Shown here: piece after piece, positions 23,701 to 36,468 of the stretch | Numbering within the stretch: position 1 is the first letter of the stretch | Layout: every line of letters starts with the position of its first letter | Assembly (NCBI GenBank): GCA_033582715.1 | Contig: JAVQZZ010000001.1 | Location: 206,716 to 270,715 of the forward strand | Reading direction: 5' to 3' | Origin: Lysobacterales bacterium | GTDB lineage: Bacteria; Pseudomonadota; Gammaproteobacteria; Xanthomonadales; BPKI01 | DNA: 64,000 nt | Notes under the pieces: model-generated | Told to the model about the DNA's origin: nothing | Seen by the model: the letters and a program-made list of their open reading frames with translations, nothing else | The model's database searches: none | Position numbers and translations under genes: made by a program

Positions 23701-26161
23701 TCAGCGCCGCGCGGCGGGGGGGAGGGGCCGGAGCGGGTCCTCGGGCCAGGCGTGGCGAGGGTAGCGGGCGCGAAGCCCCGGCCGGAGCCTCGGGTAGGTC
23801 TCCCGCCAGAAGCTCCCGAGGTCGCGGGTGAGCTGCACCGGCCGGCCGGCCGGGGAGAGGATCTCGAGCAGGACGGGGAGCCGGCCGCCGAGGAGCCGGG
23901 GCGTCTCGGGGAGGCCGAAGAGCTCCTGGATGCGGGCGGCAAGCCGCGGCTCGCCGTCCTCGGGATAGTCCACGGGCCGGGCGCGGCCGCAGGGCAGGGG
24001 GAGGCGCTCGGGAAGCTCGCGCTCGAGCGCGGTCCGGACCGCCTCGGGCAGCGCCCGCCGGAGGGCGGCGAGAAGCTCGCGGGGGTCGAGCTGGGAGAGC
24101 CTCGTCCGGCCCAGAAGGAGCGGCAGCAGCCAGCCTTCCGCCGCCGGAAGCCACTCCCGCTCCTCGGGCACGGGGCCGAGCTCGGGACGGTGGCGGGCGA
24201 GCAGCCGCAGGCGCTGGCGGAGCCGCGCAGTAGCCCTCGTCCCAGGGCAGGGCCTCGAGGCCGCGCTCGCGGACATGGGCAAGCAGCGCCGCCGCGGCGT
24301 CGGCGTCGGCCGCGACCGGCAGGGGATCGCGGGCCAGGACGAGGGAGCCTAGACGGCGCACCCGCTCGGCGCGAAGCGCCCCCTCCGCCACCTCGAGGCG
24401 CCGCTCCTCGGTGAGGCCGGTCCCGGCGAAGGCAAGGGCCTCCGCCTCGGAAAGCGCCAGGGCGGCCGCGATGCGCGCCCGCCCGGCCTCGCCCTCGAGG
24501 CGCAGCGCAAGCAGCCAGGGGTGGCCGAGCAGGGCGCTTCCCGGCGGAAGCTCGGCGCGAATCCCCGAGGGGAGCTGGAAGCGCTCGGGCCTGCCGGGAT
24601 CGGCGCGCGCGATGCGGTCCGGGTGCCCCGCGGCGGCAAGGCGCGAAAGGAGGGCGGGATCGGCCGCCGCAGGCGGGGCGGCGACGCCGAGACGCATCCG
24701 CCAGCCGGCCGCGAGCCGCTCGATCTGGGCGAGGCGGTCGCGGCGCGCGTCGGGGACCCGTCGCCCCTCGCGATGGGCAAGCAGGGCGAGATGGCGGAGC
24801 CTCAGGTCCGGGTCGCGGCGGGACTCGCCGGCCAGCGGCTCCGGACCCTCGAGCAGGGCGAGCAGGTCGGCGGCAAGGGCGCGCTCGGCGGGTTCCCGGG
24901 CGGCGCGGGCGATCGCGGCCAGCCGCGGGGGGAGGCCGGTCGCGAGCAAGGCCCGCCCGCGGGCCGTGATCCGCCCTGCCTCGTCGAGGGCCCCGAGCCA
25001 GCCGAGCAGCTCCCGGGCGCGGGCGAGGGCGGCCTCGGGCGGCGGATCGAGCAGCGGCACCGTGTCGCTGCCCCAGGCCGCGAGCTCCAGCGCCAGCCCC
25101 GAAAGCTCGGCGTGGCGGATCTCGGGCCGGATCTCGGGATCCAGGCGCTCGCCCTCCGGCCACAGCCGGATCGCGAGGCCCGGGCCCTCGCGCCCGGCGC
25201 GCCCCGCGCGCTGGGCGGCGGAGGCCTCGCTCACCCGCACCGTGACCAGGCGCTCGAGGCCGCTCGCCGGGTCGTGGCGCGGCTCGCGGGCGAGGCCGGT
25301 GTCCACGACCGCGCGCACGCCGGGCACGGTGAGGCTCGACTCGGCGAGGTTCGTCGCGAGGATCACCCGGCGCCTGCCGGGCGCGGGGGAGAGCACCGTC
25401 GCCTGCTCGGCGAGGCTGAGCTCGCCGTGGAGCGGGAGCAGGGCGACATCGGCCCCGAGGCGCGCGGCGAGGAGGCGCGAGGCGGCCTCGATCTCGCGCC
25501 GCCCGGGGAGGAACACGAGCACGTCGCCTCCGGCGGCGAGGGCCTCGGCGACGGCGGTCGGCAGGGCGCGCAGCCAGTCGCCGCGCGGCGGCGGACGCCA
25601 GCGGATCTCCACCGGATGCGGCACCCCGCCCGCGCGGAGACGGGGTGCGTCGAGCAGGCGGGCGAGCCGCTCGCCGGGCAGGGTGGCGGACATGACGAGC
25701 AGCCGAAGGTCCGGCCGCAGGCCGGCCTGGACCTCGAGCAGCAGGGCCAGGGCGAGGTCGCTCGCGAGATGCCGCTCGTGGAACTCGTCGAGGATCACGA
25801 GTCCCACCCCCTCGAGTCCGGGGTCGTCCTGGACCATCCGCACCAGGATCCCCTCGGTCAGCACCTCGATCCGGGTCGCGGCCGAGACGCAGGCCTCGAA
25901 TCGCACCCGGTAGCCGACCGTCTCTCCCACCCGCTCCCCGCGCTCCGCGGCCATGCGCTCGGCGGCGGCGCGCGCGGCGAGGCGGCGCGGCTCGAGCATC
26001 AGGATGCGCCGGCCGGCGAGCCAGGGCTCGGCGAGCAGGGCCGGCGGCACGCGGGTCGTCTTGCCGCTCCCCGGGGGGGCCTCGAGGATCGCCCGGGGGC
26101 CCGCGGCGAGGACGCGGCGCAGCTCGGGGAGCGCCGCCTCGGCCGGCAGGGGCGCGCTCAC
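23701..26161 (-). CDS. hrpB: ATP-dependent RNA helicase HrpB (DEAH box); one frameshift near ~24235
   Basis: APPGSGKTTRVP, the DEFHER motif (LILDEFHERHL), SATL, ILATNLAESSLTVPGV and QRAGRAGR. The C-terminal HrpB domain (GSFWRETYPRLRPGLRARYPRHAWPEDP) is in ORF 23701-24282. Confidence 0.9.
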
Positions 26162-26956
26162 GGCGCCGGCAGCGCGAAGAAGGCGCGGGCGTTCGCGGTG
26201 GTCCGGGCGGCGAGCGCCTCGGGAGCCTCGCCGCGGGCGGCGGCGACCGTGCGCAGGATGTGCGGCAGGTGCATCGGCTCGTTGCGGCGGCCGCGCGGCT
26301 TCCCCGGGAGGTCGCGGGGGAGGAGGTAGGGGCAGTCGGTCTCGAGCATCAGCCGCTCCGCCGGGATGTGGCGGACGAGCTCGAGCAGGTGGCGGCCGCG
26401 CCGCTCGTCGCAGATCCAGCCGGTGATGCCGATGTGGCAGTCGAGGTCGAGGCTCTCGAACAGCGCCTTGCGCCCGTCGGTGAAGCAGTGCACGACCAGC
26501 GGCCCGAGCCGGTCGCGCACCGGCTTGAGGATCGCGACCAGGTCCTCGTGCGCCTCGCGCTGGTGGAGGAACATCGGCTTGCCGGTGGCGAGCGCGAGCT
26601 CGACCTGGCGCTCGAAGGCGCGGAGCTGCGCCGGACGCGGCGCGAAGTCGCGATGGTAGTCCAGGCCAGTCTCCCCCACCGCCACCACCTCGGGGGCCTG
26701 GAGCAGCTCGCGCAGCGCCGCCTCGGTCTCGGGCCCGAAGTCGCGGGCATGGTGTGGGTGCACGCCGGCGGTGGCGAACAGGGACTTCGGATGGCGCCGG
26801 GCGAGGGCGAGCGCGGCCTCGCTGCTTGCCGCGTCGGCCCCGGTGACGACGATCTGGACGACCCCGGCCGCGCGCGCGCGCTCGAGCACCTCCCCGAGGT
26901 CGCGGGCGAAGCTCTCGTGGGTGAGATTGGCGCCGATGTCGACGAGCGCCGGGGGC

Positions 26957-26973
<17 letters not shown>
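26158..26973 (-). CDS. tatD: TatD-family metal-dependent hydrolase/DNase, intact
   Basis: LVDIGANLTHESF, AGVHPHHA, GETGLDYHRDF, MFLHQREAHEDL and LMLETDCPYL. 4-bp overlap with the hrpB start. Confidence 0.85.
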
Positions 26974-28843
<1,870 letters not shown>

Positions 28844-28888
28844 GGCTCGTCCTCGGCGGAGGTGCGGATCGTACGGCGCGCCCGTCGC

Positions 28889-28894
28889 TACAAT
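28889..28894 (+). promoter_or_regulatory. -10-like hexamer TACAAT in the speA/speE divergent spacer
   Basis: Read directly, 30 nt upstream of the speE ATG 28924. No convincing -35. Confidence 0.3.
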
Positions 28895-28923
28895 CCGCGC
28901 GGTCCCGTTCCGCGCCCAGGCCG

Positions 28924-29783
28924 ATGCTCGATCCCCGCGAATGGTTCACCGAGATCGACGATCGCTCCGGCTCCGCCTTCGCCCTCAGGCTGCGGGCCAC
29001 CCTGCACGAGGAGCAGACGCCCTTCCAGCGCATCGCGATCCACGAGACGCGCGACTGGGGCCGCCTGATGGTCATCGACGGCTGCGTGATGCTGACCGAG
29101 TCGCGACAACTTCCTCTACCACGAGGCGATGGCGCACATCCCGCTGTTCACCCACGAGCGGCCGCGGCGGGTGGTGATCGTCGGCGGCGGCGACTGCGGC
29201 ACGCTGCGCGAGGTGCTCAGGCACCCCGAGGTCGAGCGGGCGATCCAGGTGGAGATCGACGAGCGGGTGACGCGGCTCGCCGAGCGCTACTTCCCCGAGC
29301 TCTGCGAGAGCAACGGCGATCCGCGCGCGGAGCTGCTCTTCGCCGACGGCATCCGCTGGATGGCGGAGGCGCCCGCGGCGAGCGCCGACGTGATCATCGT
29401 CGATTCGACGGATCCCGTCGGCCCGGCCGAGGGGCTGTTCGACGAGGCCTTCTACCGCGAGTGCCGGCGGGTGCTCGCCGCGGGCGGGCTGTTCGTGCAG
29501 CAGTCGGAGTCGCCGCTCACCCACACCGGCCTGATCCGCGACATCCACCGCCACCTGCGCGCCGCCGGCTTCCGCCGCCACCCGCACCGCCTGCTTCCCG
29601 CAGCCGTGCTATCCGAGCGGCTGGTGGAGCCTCACCCTCGCCAGCCCCGAGCCGCGCGATCTCGGCCGCTTCCGCGAGGCGGAGGCCGCGGCCCGGCGCT
29701 TCCCCACGCGCTGGTACAGCGCCGAGGTGCACCGCGGGGCGCTCGCCATCCCCCCTTTCCTCGCCGAGGCCCTCGCAGGCTAG
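28924..29783 (+). CDS. speE: spermidine synthase SpeE; two frameshifts (~29100, ~29590)
   Basis: FQRIAIHETRDWGRLMVIDGCVMLTE, then VVIVGGGDCGTLREVLRH...IIVDSTDPVGPAEGLF, then a third segment CYPSGWWSLTLAS...FPTRWYSAEVHRGA. Stop TAG at 29781-29783. Confidence 0.88.
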
Positions 29784-30851
29784 GACGGCGCCGCGCCCCG
29801 GCGAGGCCCGAGGCGCAGGCGGCAGAGCAGCGCGCAGAGCCGCCCGCGGGAGAGCGGGAGCAGGGCGAGGGCGGTCTCCCCTGCCCGGCGCGCGAGCCGC
29901 CGCAGGCCGAGGCGCAGGCGAAGCCCCGGTGCGGGCGCCGGGGCGGTGGCGAGCGCGGCCAGGCGGGCCGCGGCATGCGCCCCGAGCCGCGTCGCGGCCA
30001 GCGGCTCCGGCGCGGCCGGCCGCAGCAGCGCGCTGAGATGGCCGGTGAGCGGCTCGAGGACGAGGGATTCGCAGCGGAAGCCGGAGCGGCGCGCCAGCGC
30101 CTCGAGCGTGCGCTCGTCCCACCAGCACAGGTGTGCGCGGTGGAACTGCCGCCACCACGGGCGGCGGCGGTCGGCGAGGGTCGGCACCTCGAGCAGCAGC
30201 GCCCCGTCCGCGGGGAGCAGCGCCCGCAGCCGCGCGAGCGCCGCGGCGGGATCGGGAAGGTGCTCGAGCACGTGGTGGAGGGTGATCAGCGTCCAGCGGC
30301 GCTCCGGCGCGAGCTCCTCGAGGGCGCCGACGCGCACTCCCTCGAGCCGCAGCGCCTCGCGGGCGAAGCGCGCGTGGCCGCGGTCGGGCTCGATCCCCTC
30401 GCAGCGGATCCCGAGCCAGGCGAGGACGTAGGGGAAGAAGCCGCCGCCGCAGCCGACGTCGAGCACCCTCGAGTCCTCGCGGAGCGAGCGGCCGCACGCG
30501 GGGCAGGCGGCGGATGGCCGCGAGGGTCTCGCGCACGCAGTGGCGGCGGCGGGGCCGGGCATCACCCTTGTAGCGCTCGCGGTACGCGGCCTCGTACCAG
30601 CGCCGCTCGCCCTCGGGATCGGGCAGGGGGTCGCTGCGCACCAGCCCGCAGCCGCTGCAGAGCAGGGTGACGAGCGGCGCGCCGCGCCGGTCGCGCTCGG
30701 CGATGCGGTGCCCCTCGCCGCCGCCGCAGAGCGGACAGGGGGTCCGCGCCAGCACGCGCGGAAAGGCCGGCGGCGCCGCGGCGGCCGCCTGGGGCAGGAT
30801 GGTGGCGTCCACCGCCCAAGCATAGGACCCCTCTCCGGCCGATGGCGGCAC
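29780..30851 (-). CDS. class I SAM-dependent methyltransferase with N-terminal Cys4 zinc-ribbon; frameshift ~30500
   Basis: CPLCGG...CSGCG N-part (ORF 29517-30851). [29 protein letters not shown] and DGALLLEVP are in ORF 29780-31234. Confidence 0.7.
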
Positions 30852-31447
30852 TCCTCTTCCGCCCCCCGCCCGCGGGCGAGCTGCGGGCCCTGCTCGCCGA
30901 GGGCCTGCACCTGTGGCGGCTCGGTGCCGGGCAGGACTGGCGCGCGCTGCTGGTGCGGCGCTACCGCACGCCGCCGCCGCACCGCGGTCCGCACGGGCAG
31001 CCGCGGGTCGCGGGCCTCGCCGTCGCCCATGCGGACAGCGGGGCGTGGCGCGCGCTGGCGGTGGCCGAGAGCGGCCCGCTCGGGCTCGACCTCGAGTGCG
31101 TGCGCGCGCTGCGGCGCCGGGAGGCGCTGCTCCGCCGCTGCTTCGCCGCCGAGGAGCGGGAGGCGCTCGCGGCCGCCGGCGACCGGCTGCTGCTGCGCTG
31201 CTGGACGCTCAAGGAGGCCGTGGTCAAGGCCCACGGGCGCGGCCTTGCCTACGGCCTCGCCCGGATCGTGACTCGGCCGCGCGGCGAGTGGCCGGAGCTC
31301 GCCGCGATCGCCGGCGAGGCGGGGCCGGCGGCACGCTGGGCGGTGCTCGGCTTCGAGCTGGCGGAGGGCTGCGATGCTACCCTCGTGCAGCCGTCGCCGG
31401 CGCGTCCGGTGCTCGCCTTCGACGGCACCGCCGAGCCCGCCGCATGA
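30842..31447 (+). CDS. Sfp/EntD-type 4'-phosphopantetheinyl transferase, intact
   Basis: PLGLDLECV (the G-x-D-x-E motif) and [15 protein letters not shown] (the W/F-x-x-KE-x-x-K motif). About 200 aa. Stop overlaps the pdxJ start (ATGA). Confidence 0.8.
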   Translation: MAALLFRPPPAGELRALLAEGLHLWRLGAGQDWRALLVRRYRTPPPHRGPHGQPRVAGLAVAHADSGAWRALAVAESGPLGLDLECVRALRRREALLRRCFAAEEREALAAAGDRLLLRCWTLKEAVVKAHGRGLAYGLARIVTRPRGEWPELAAIAGEAGPAARWAVLGFELAEGCDATLVQPSPARPVLAFDGTAEPAA

Positions 31448-32248
31448 CCCGCCTCAGCGTCAACGTCAACAAGATCGCGGTGCTGCGCAACAGCCGCGGC
31501 GGGGGCTTCCCGGATCCCCTCGAGGGTGCGCGGATCGCGCTCGCGGCCGGCGCCGCCGGGATCACCGTCCATCCCGCGCCCCGACGGCCGCCACATCCGC
31601 GCCGCCGACGTCGCCGCGATCGCGGCCCTGATCGCCGCCCACCCCGGCCGCGAGCTCAACATCGAGGGCAATCCCTTCGCCCCGCCGCGGCCGGGCTACC
31701 CCGGGCTGCAGGCGATCGCCGCCGAGGCGCGGCCGGCGCAGGTGACCCTGGTTCCCGACGCCGAGGGCCAGCTCACCTCGGATCACGGCTTCGCCATGGC
31801 CGAGGCGGCGGAGCGCCTGGCGGAGCCGGTGGCGCGGCTGCGGGCGCTCGGCGCGCGGGTGAGCGTCTTCGTCGATGCCGGACCCTTCGACGCCGCCGCG
31901 GCGCGGGCGGCGCGGGCGATCGGCGTCGATGCGGTGGAGCTCTACACCGGGCCCTACGCCGCGGCCTTCGCCGCCGGGCAGGCCGCGGCGGCGCTTCCTG
32001 CCTATCGCCGGGCGGCGGAGACGGCGCGCGCCGCCGGGCTCGCGGTGCACGCGGGGCACGACCTCGACCAGGCCAACCTCGGGAGCCTGCTCGCCGCGGT
32101 GCCCGGGATCGCCGAGGTCTCGATCGGCCACGCCCTGATCGGCGAGGCCCTGCTCGGCGAGGGCCTGGCCGCGACGGTGCGGCGCTATCTCGCGATCATC
32201 GCGGGCGCAGGCACTCCGGGCGACGGCCCGCGTCCCGCGCCGCGCTGA
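31444..32248 (+). CDS. pdxJ: pyridoxine 5'-phosphate synthase PdxJ; one frameshift ~31575
   Basis: [20 protein letters not shown]...GITVHP, then (other frame) RPDGRHIR...[30 protein letters not shown] and SIGHALI. Confidence 0.9.
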
Positions 32249-32999
32249 ACACGGGCTCGAGCGCGCGGGCGCGGGCGGCGAGCTCCGCCCGCCGCGACTC
32301 GGGCGCGGGGTGGGTGGACAGCCAGGCCGGGGGACGCCGCTCCTGCCCGAGGCTCTCCCACACCTCGGCCGCCGCCCGCGGATCGAAGCCGGCACGGGCC
32401 ATCAGCTCCTGCCCGAAGCGGTCCGCCTCCTGCTCGTGCAGCCGCGAGAAGGGCAGCAGCACGCCGAGCTGGGCGCCGAGCCCGAGCAGGGCGAGCAGCC
32501 GCTGCGACTGCGGATCGCGTCCGCCGTCGCGGGCGAGGGCGGCGAGCTCGAGGGCGGTGGCGGCGGCGAAGTGCTGGCTCACCCGCTCCGCCCCGTGGCG
32601 GAAGACGACGTGCCCGATCTCGTGGCCGAGCACCGCGGCCAGCCGGTCCTGGTCGGGGAGGCGGGCGAGGAGGCCGGCATAGACGCCGATGCGGCCGCCG
32701 GGCAGGGCGAAGGCGTTGACCTCCGGCGAGGCGAACAGGGTCAGCCGCCACTCCAGGCCGCGCCAGGCCGGCGGCAGCTCCGCGACCAGGTGGTCGAGGA
32801 TGCAGCGCAGCGCCGCCCGTGCCGCCTGGTCGTCGCTCTCCGGGACGCGCGCGCGGAGCTGCTCGAAGCTGGCCGCCGCCGCCGGCTCGAGCTCGCGGTC
32901 GCTCACCAGCATCAGCTGGCGGCGGCCGCTCGGAGCGGTGGCGCAGGCCGTGGCCAGGATCAGCGCGAGCAGCAGGCGGCCGGTGCGATGCGTGCCCAT
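32196..32999 (-). CDS. M48-family zinc metallopeptidase lipoprotein, intact
   Basis: Lipobox [34 protein letters not shown] (HExxH) and EQEADRFG. The start lies 7 nt after the stop of the upstream ATP-grasp gene. Confidence 0.85.
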   Translation of the reverse strand: MGTHRTGRLLLALILATACATAPSGRRQLMLVSDRELEPAAAASFEQLRARVPESDDQAARAALRCILDHLVAELPPAWRGLEWRLTLFASPEVNAFALPGGRIGVYAGLLARLPDQDRLAAVLGHEIGHVVFRHGAERVSQHFAAATALELAALARDGGRDPQSQRLLALLGLGAQLGVLLPFSRLHEQEADRFGQELMARAGFDPRAAAEVWESLGQERRPPAWLSTHPAPESRRAELAARARALEPVFSAARDAGRRPECLRPR

Positions 33000-33006
33000 G
33001 GGGGGG

Positions 33007-33963
33007 TCAGCGGGTGTGGAAATGTTCGCGGGCGAAGGCGATGCGCTCCGCCGGCGGACGGGCGGGATCGGGGAGCGCCTCGATCGCCTGCAGGCGGTGG
33101 AGGAGGCCGGCGCCGTTCGCGATCTGGATCGAGAGCCCGGGGCGGGCGTTGAGCTCGAGCATCAGCGGGCCCTTGTGCCGGTCGAGGACCAGGTCCACGC
33201 CGACGTAGCCGAGCCCGGTGAGCTCGTAGCAGCGCGCCGCGATGTCGAGCAGGGTGTCCCAGTGCGGGATCCTCAGGCCGACGATCGAGTGTTCGGTGTC
33301 GGGATGCTCCCGCACCGGCTCGGTCCCCCACACCCCCCGCCGGGTGACCCCGGTCGGGATGTCGATCCCGACCCCGATCGCGCCCTGGTGCAGGTTGGCC
33401 TTGCCGTCCGAGAGCCGCGTGGGGAGGCGGATCATCGCCATCACCGGGTAGCCGAGGAAGACGATGATGCGGATGTCCGGCACGCCGCGATAGCTCACGC
33501 GCTCGAAGAGATCGTCGAACTCGACGCAGTACTCGACCAGCAGGTGGTCGGGGTGGCCGCCGAGGCTGAACAGGCCGGAGAGGGCGTTCGACAGGTGGTG
33601 CTCGAAGTCCTCGCGGCTGAGCAGCAGCCCGCTCGCCTTGCGGTAGCGCTGGCCGCGCCGGCCGTGGATCACCAGGATCCCGTCCCCGCCGGAGCCGTGC
33701 GCCGGCTTGACCACGAACTTCTCGTAGGGGGCGAGCCGCTCGTGCAGCTCCCGGATCTCGTGCTCCTCGCGCACCACCGCGTAGAGCTCCGGCACCGGGA
33801 TCCCGGCAGCCAGCGCCAGCCGCTTGGTGATCAGCTTGTCGTCGACGCGCGGGTAGAAGCGGCGGGGATTGTGGCGCAGCACATAGTCGGCGTTGCGGCG
33901 GTTGAGCCCGAGCAGCCCGATCTGCCGCAGCCTCCGCGCCACCGCCAGGGGGTTCCAGCTCAC
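33007..33963 (-). CDS. RimK-related alpha-L-glutamate-ligase-like ATP-grasp protein, intact
   Basis: GLNRRNADYVLRHNPRRFYPRVDDKLITKRLA, FVVKPAHGSGGDGILVI, ANLHQGAIGVGID, and GYVGVDLVLDRHKGPLMLELNARPGLSIQ. 4-bp overlap with the upstream gene. Confidence 0.8.
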   Translation of the reverse strand: MSWNPLAVARRLRQIGLLGLNRRNADYVLRHNPRRFYPRVDDKLITKRLALAAGIPVPELYAVVREEHEIRELHERLAPYEKFVVKPAHGSGGDGILVIHGRRGQRYRKASGLLLSREDFEHHLSNALSGLFSLGGHPDHLLVEYCVEFDDLFERVSYRGVPDIRIIVFLGYPVMAMIRLPTRLSDGKANLHQGAIGVGIDIPTGVTRRGVWGTEPVREHPDTEHSIVGLRIPHWDTLLDIAARCYELTGLGYVGVDLVLDRHKGPLMLELNARPGLSIQIANGAGLLHRLQAIEALPDPARPPAERIAFAREHFHTR

Positions 33964-35498
33964 CCCGGGCCTCCCTCGGCGGGCCGCGCCAGGGCGCGGA
34001 AGCGCAGGAGCTCGGTGAGCCGGTAGCCCGAATAGCGCCCGATCAGCATCGCCGCCGCGAGCACGATCAGCAGCGCCTCGGGGAAGACGAAGACGAAGTG
34101 CACCAGCGGCGTCCAGGTCATCAGCAGGTAGGCCACCGCGGCGATCGCGAGCGAGCCCGCGCCCTGTCGGATGGCATGACCCGGACCGCGCTCCTCCCAG
34201 GCGATCGACATGCGCTCGATGGTCATCGCCATGATCACCATCGGGAACAGCGCCACGGAGAGCCCGACCTCGATGCCGAGCCTGTGGCTGAGCACCGAAA
34301 AGGCGGCCATGAGGATGACGACGACGATCAGCACGCTGGTCAGCCGCGGCACCAGCAGCAGCTTGAGCCGCTCCATGTAGAACCGGGCGAGCAGCCCGGC
34401 CGCGATCAGCACCGTGAACATGACGATCCCGGCGAGCAGCCCGGTGTCGCGGAAGGCGATGGCGATCAGGATCGGCATGAAGGTGCCGAAGGTGCTCACC
34501 CCGACCACGTTGCGCATCAGCAGCATGATGAAGGCCCCGACCGGGATCATCAGCAGCACCCGGTAGACCTGCTGCGTCTCCAGCGGCAAGGCGAACAGCG
34601 AGAACTCGAAGAGCTCGCGGTTGGCGGCCTCGAGGCGCTGCTCGGCGAGCAGCAGGGCGTCGGCGAGGTTGCGTTCCACCGAGAGCTCGAGGGTGGCGCG
34701 GGGATGGTTCTCGACCGCGAAGGGAGGCGCCGCGCCGACGGTCCAGAGCAGGAAGTCCTCGGGCCAGCCCTCGGCCGCGGTCTCGGGGTCCACCGTGACC
34801 CAGCGCTGCTCGTTGTGGACCTGGAGCAGCGCGCGGAGCGGGCGCGGCGGTCCGGGCGCGAGCGGGAGCCCCTGGATCACCCGTGCCGGGATGCTGCGCA
34901 TCGCCAGCAGACCGGTGAGGAGGCGCGCGCGGTCGAGGGGCTCGGGCGCGAGCTGGGTCAGCAGCGCGACCTCCTGCGAGGGCGCGGGCTCGTTGAAGCG
35001 CCGCACCAGTTCACGGGCGAAGCTGGCGATGTCGGCCGATCCCTGGCGCACCTCCTCGAGCAGGGCCGCGGCCGCGGTGGCGAAGGGCTCCTCGAGCGCG
35101 GGGCGCTCGGCCAGGACCGGGCGGCCCTCCTGCAGGTCGGGGCTGCCCCCGCGCACCACCGTGGCGCGGAAGTAGAGGTACTGCGGGCCGCTGGCGCGGC
35201 GGATGGTCCAGCGTACGCTGCGCCCGCCCTCGTCCTCCTCCGCGAGCATGGCGTAGCCCGGCGCGATGAAGCGCTCGTCGATGATGGTGAAGCCCGGGGT
35301 GCGGCGCGGGATGCGGAGCCGGACGCTGTTCGCCTGCCGCCGGGGCTGGAAGTGCACCCGCGCCTGCACCGTCCACACCTCCGCCTGCTCGTCGGGCAGC
35401 AGCGGCAGGCCGAGCACCGAGGCCTTGTAGGCGATCGCCCCGCCGCCGAGCAGGGTGAGCAGGGCGGCGAGCAGCACCAGGTGGAGGTTGCGCAGCAT
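33960..35498 (-). CDS. inactive-transglutaminase domain fused to a 7-TM module (UUP1-like), intact 512 aa
   Basis: N-terminal anchor, a periplasmic domain (RWVTVDPETAAEGWPEDFLLW), and a C-terminal polytopic region (VYRVLLMIPVGAFIMLLMRNVVGVSTFGTFMPILIAIAF...). This is the usual genomic partner of the ATP-grasp family, from memory. Confidence 0.7.
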   Translation of the reverse strand: MLRNLHLVLLAALLTLLGGGAIAYKASVLGLPLLPDEQAEVWTVQARVHFQPRRQANSVRLRIPRRTPGFTIIDERFIAPGYAMLAEEDEGGRSVRWTIRRASGPQYLYFRATVVRGGSPDLQEGRPVLAERPALEEPFATAAAALLEEVRQGSADIASFARELVRRFNEPAPSQEVALLTQLAPEPLDRARLLTGLLAMRSIPARVIQGLPLAPGPPRPLRALLQVHNEQRWVTVDPETAAEGWPEDFLLWTVGAAPPFAVENHPRATLELSVERNLADALLLAEQRLEAANRELFEFSLFALPLETQQVYRVLLMIPVGAFIMLLMRNVVGVSTFGTFMPILIAIAFRDTGLLAGIVMFTVLIAAGLLARFYMERLKLLLVPRLTSVLIVVVILMAAFSVLSHRLGIEVGLSVALFPMVIMAMTIERMSIAWEERGPGHAIRQGAGSLAIAAVAYLLMTWTPLVHFVFVFPEALLIVLAAAMLIGRYSGYRLTELLRFRALARPAEGGPG

Positions 35499-35556
35499 CG
35501 GTTCCCCGGGCCGAGCCGGACGCGGTGCCGGCAGTATAGCCGCCCGGCTGCGGCCC

Positions 35557-36401
35557 TCAGGCCGCGGGGCGGTCGGCCCCGAGCAGGCGGATCTCGCGCT
35601 GCGGGCAGGGGATGGCGATGCCCGCCCGCTCCAGGGTCTCCTTGACCAGCAGCAGGAGCTCGCTGCGCAGCGGGCCGGCGTGCTCGGTCGGCACCCAGAC
35701 GCGGATCGCAAGCTCGATCGCGCTGTCGCCGAACTGCTCCGCCAGCACCTCGGGGGGCGGCTCGCCCGCGAAGCGGCCGGTCGGCGGCGATCGCCGCGGC
35801 GAGCCGATCGAGCGCGCGCCGCAGGTCGGTTCGGTAGCCGACGCCGACCCGCAGCTCGATCCGCCGCCGGTCGCGGGCGGTGAGGTTGACGATCTGGGCG
35901 TTGGCGACGTTGCGATTGGGTACCGCGATCACGCGGTTGTCGCCGGTGCGCAGGCGGGTGTGGAAGATGTCGACCGCCTCCACCACGCCGCTCGCGCCGC
36001 CGGCCTCCACCTGGTCGCCGACGCGGAAGGGACGCAGCGTCACCAGCATCACCGCGCCGGCGACGTTGGCCAGGGAGTCGCGCAGCGCCAGGCCGACGGC
36101 GAGGCCGGCCGCCGCAAGCACGGTGAGCAGCGAGGCCACCGGCACGCCGAGCAAGTCGAGGGCGGCGATCAGCGCCACGGCCGGCAGCAGCAGGCGCAGC
36201 CCGTTGCGGACCAGCACCGCGAGCATCGGGTCGAGGTCGCTGCGGCGCGCGAAGCGCTCGAAGGCCCCGGCCACCACGCGCGCGAGGCGCAGGCCGAGCC
36301 AGAGCAGCAGCAGGGCGAGCATGCAGCCGCAGCGCGGGGAGGGCGATCAGCCGCAGTCCCTCGTCGGCGGCGAGGGCGGCGAGACGCGAGGATTCGGGCA
36401 T
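35557..36401 (-). CDS. small-conductance mechanosensitive channel (MscS family); frameshifts ~36330 and ~35760
   Basis: GVPVASLLTVLAAAGLAVGLALRDSLANVAGAVMLVTLRPFRVGDQVE, VEAVDIFHTRLRTGDNRVIAVPN, and a C-terminus IELAIRVWVP...ETLERAGIAIPCPQREI in ORF 35557-35748. Confidence 0.8.
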
Positions 36402-36434
36402 GTGTGCTTCTCCGCTCCTGAGCCTGGCCGGACC

Positions 36435-36458
36435 ATAGCAGAGGCGAGCGGCTGCTAT
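36435..36458. promoter_or_regulatory. inverted repeat ATAGCAG-N10-CTGCTAT in the mscS/esterase divergent spacer (operator-like)
   Basis: Perfect 7-bp arms read directly. Ends 10 nt upstream of the esterase GTG 36469. Confidence 0.35.
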
Positions 36459-36468
36459 CCTTGGCCGC

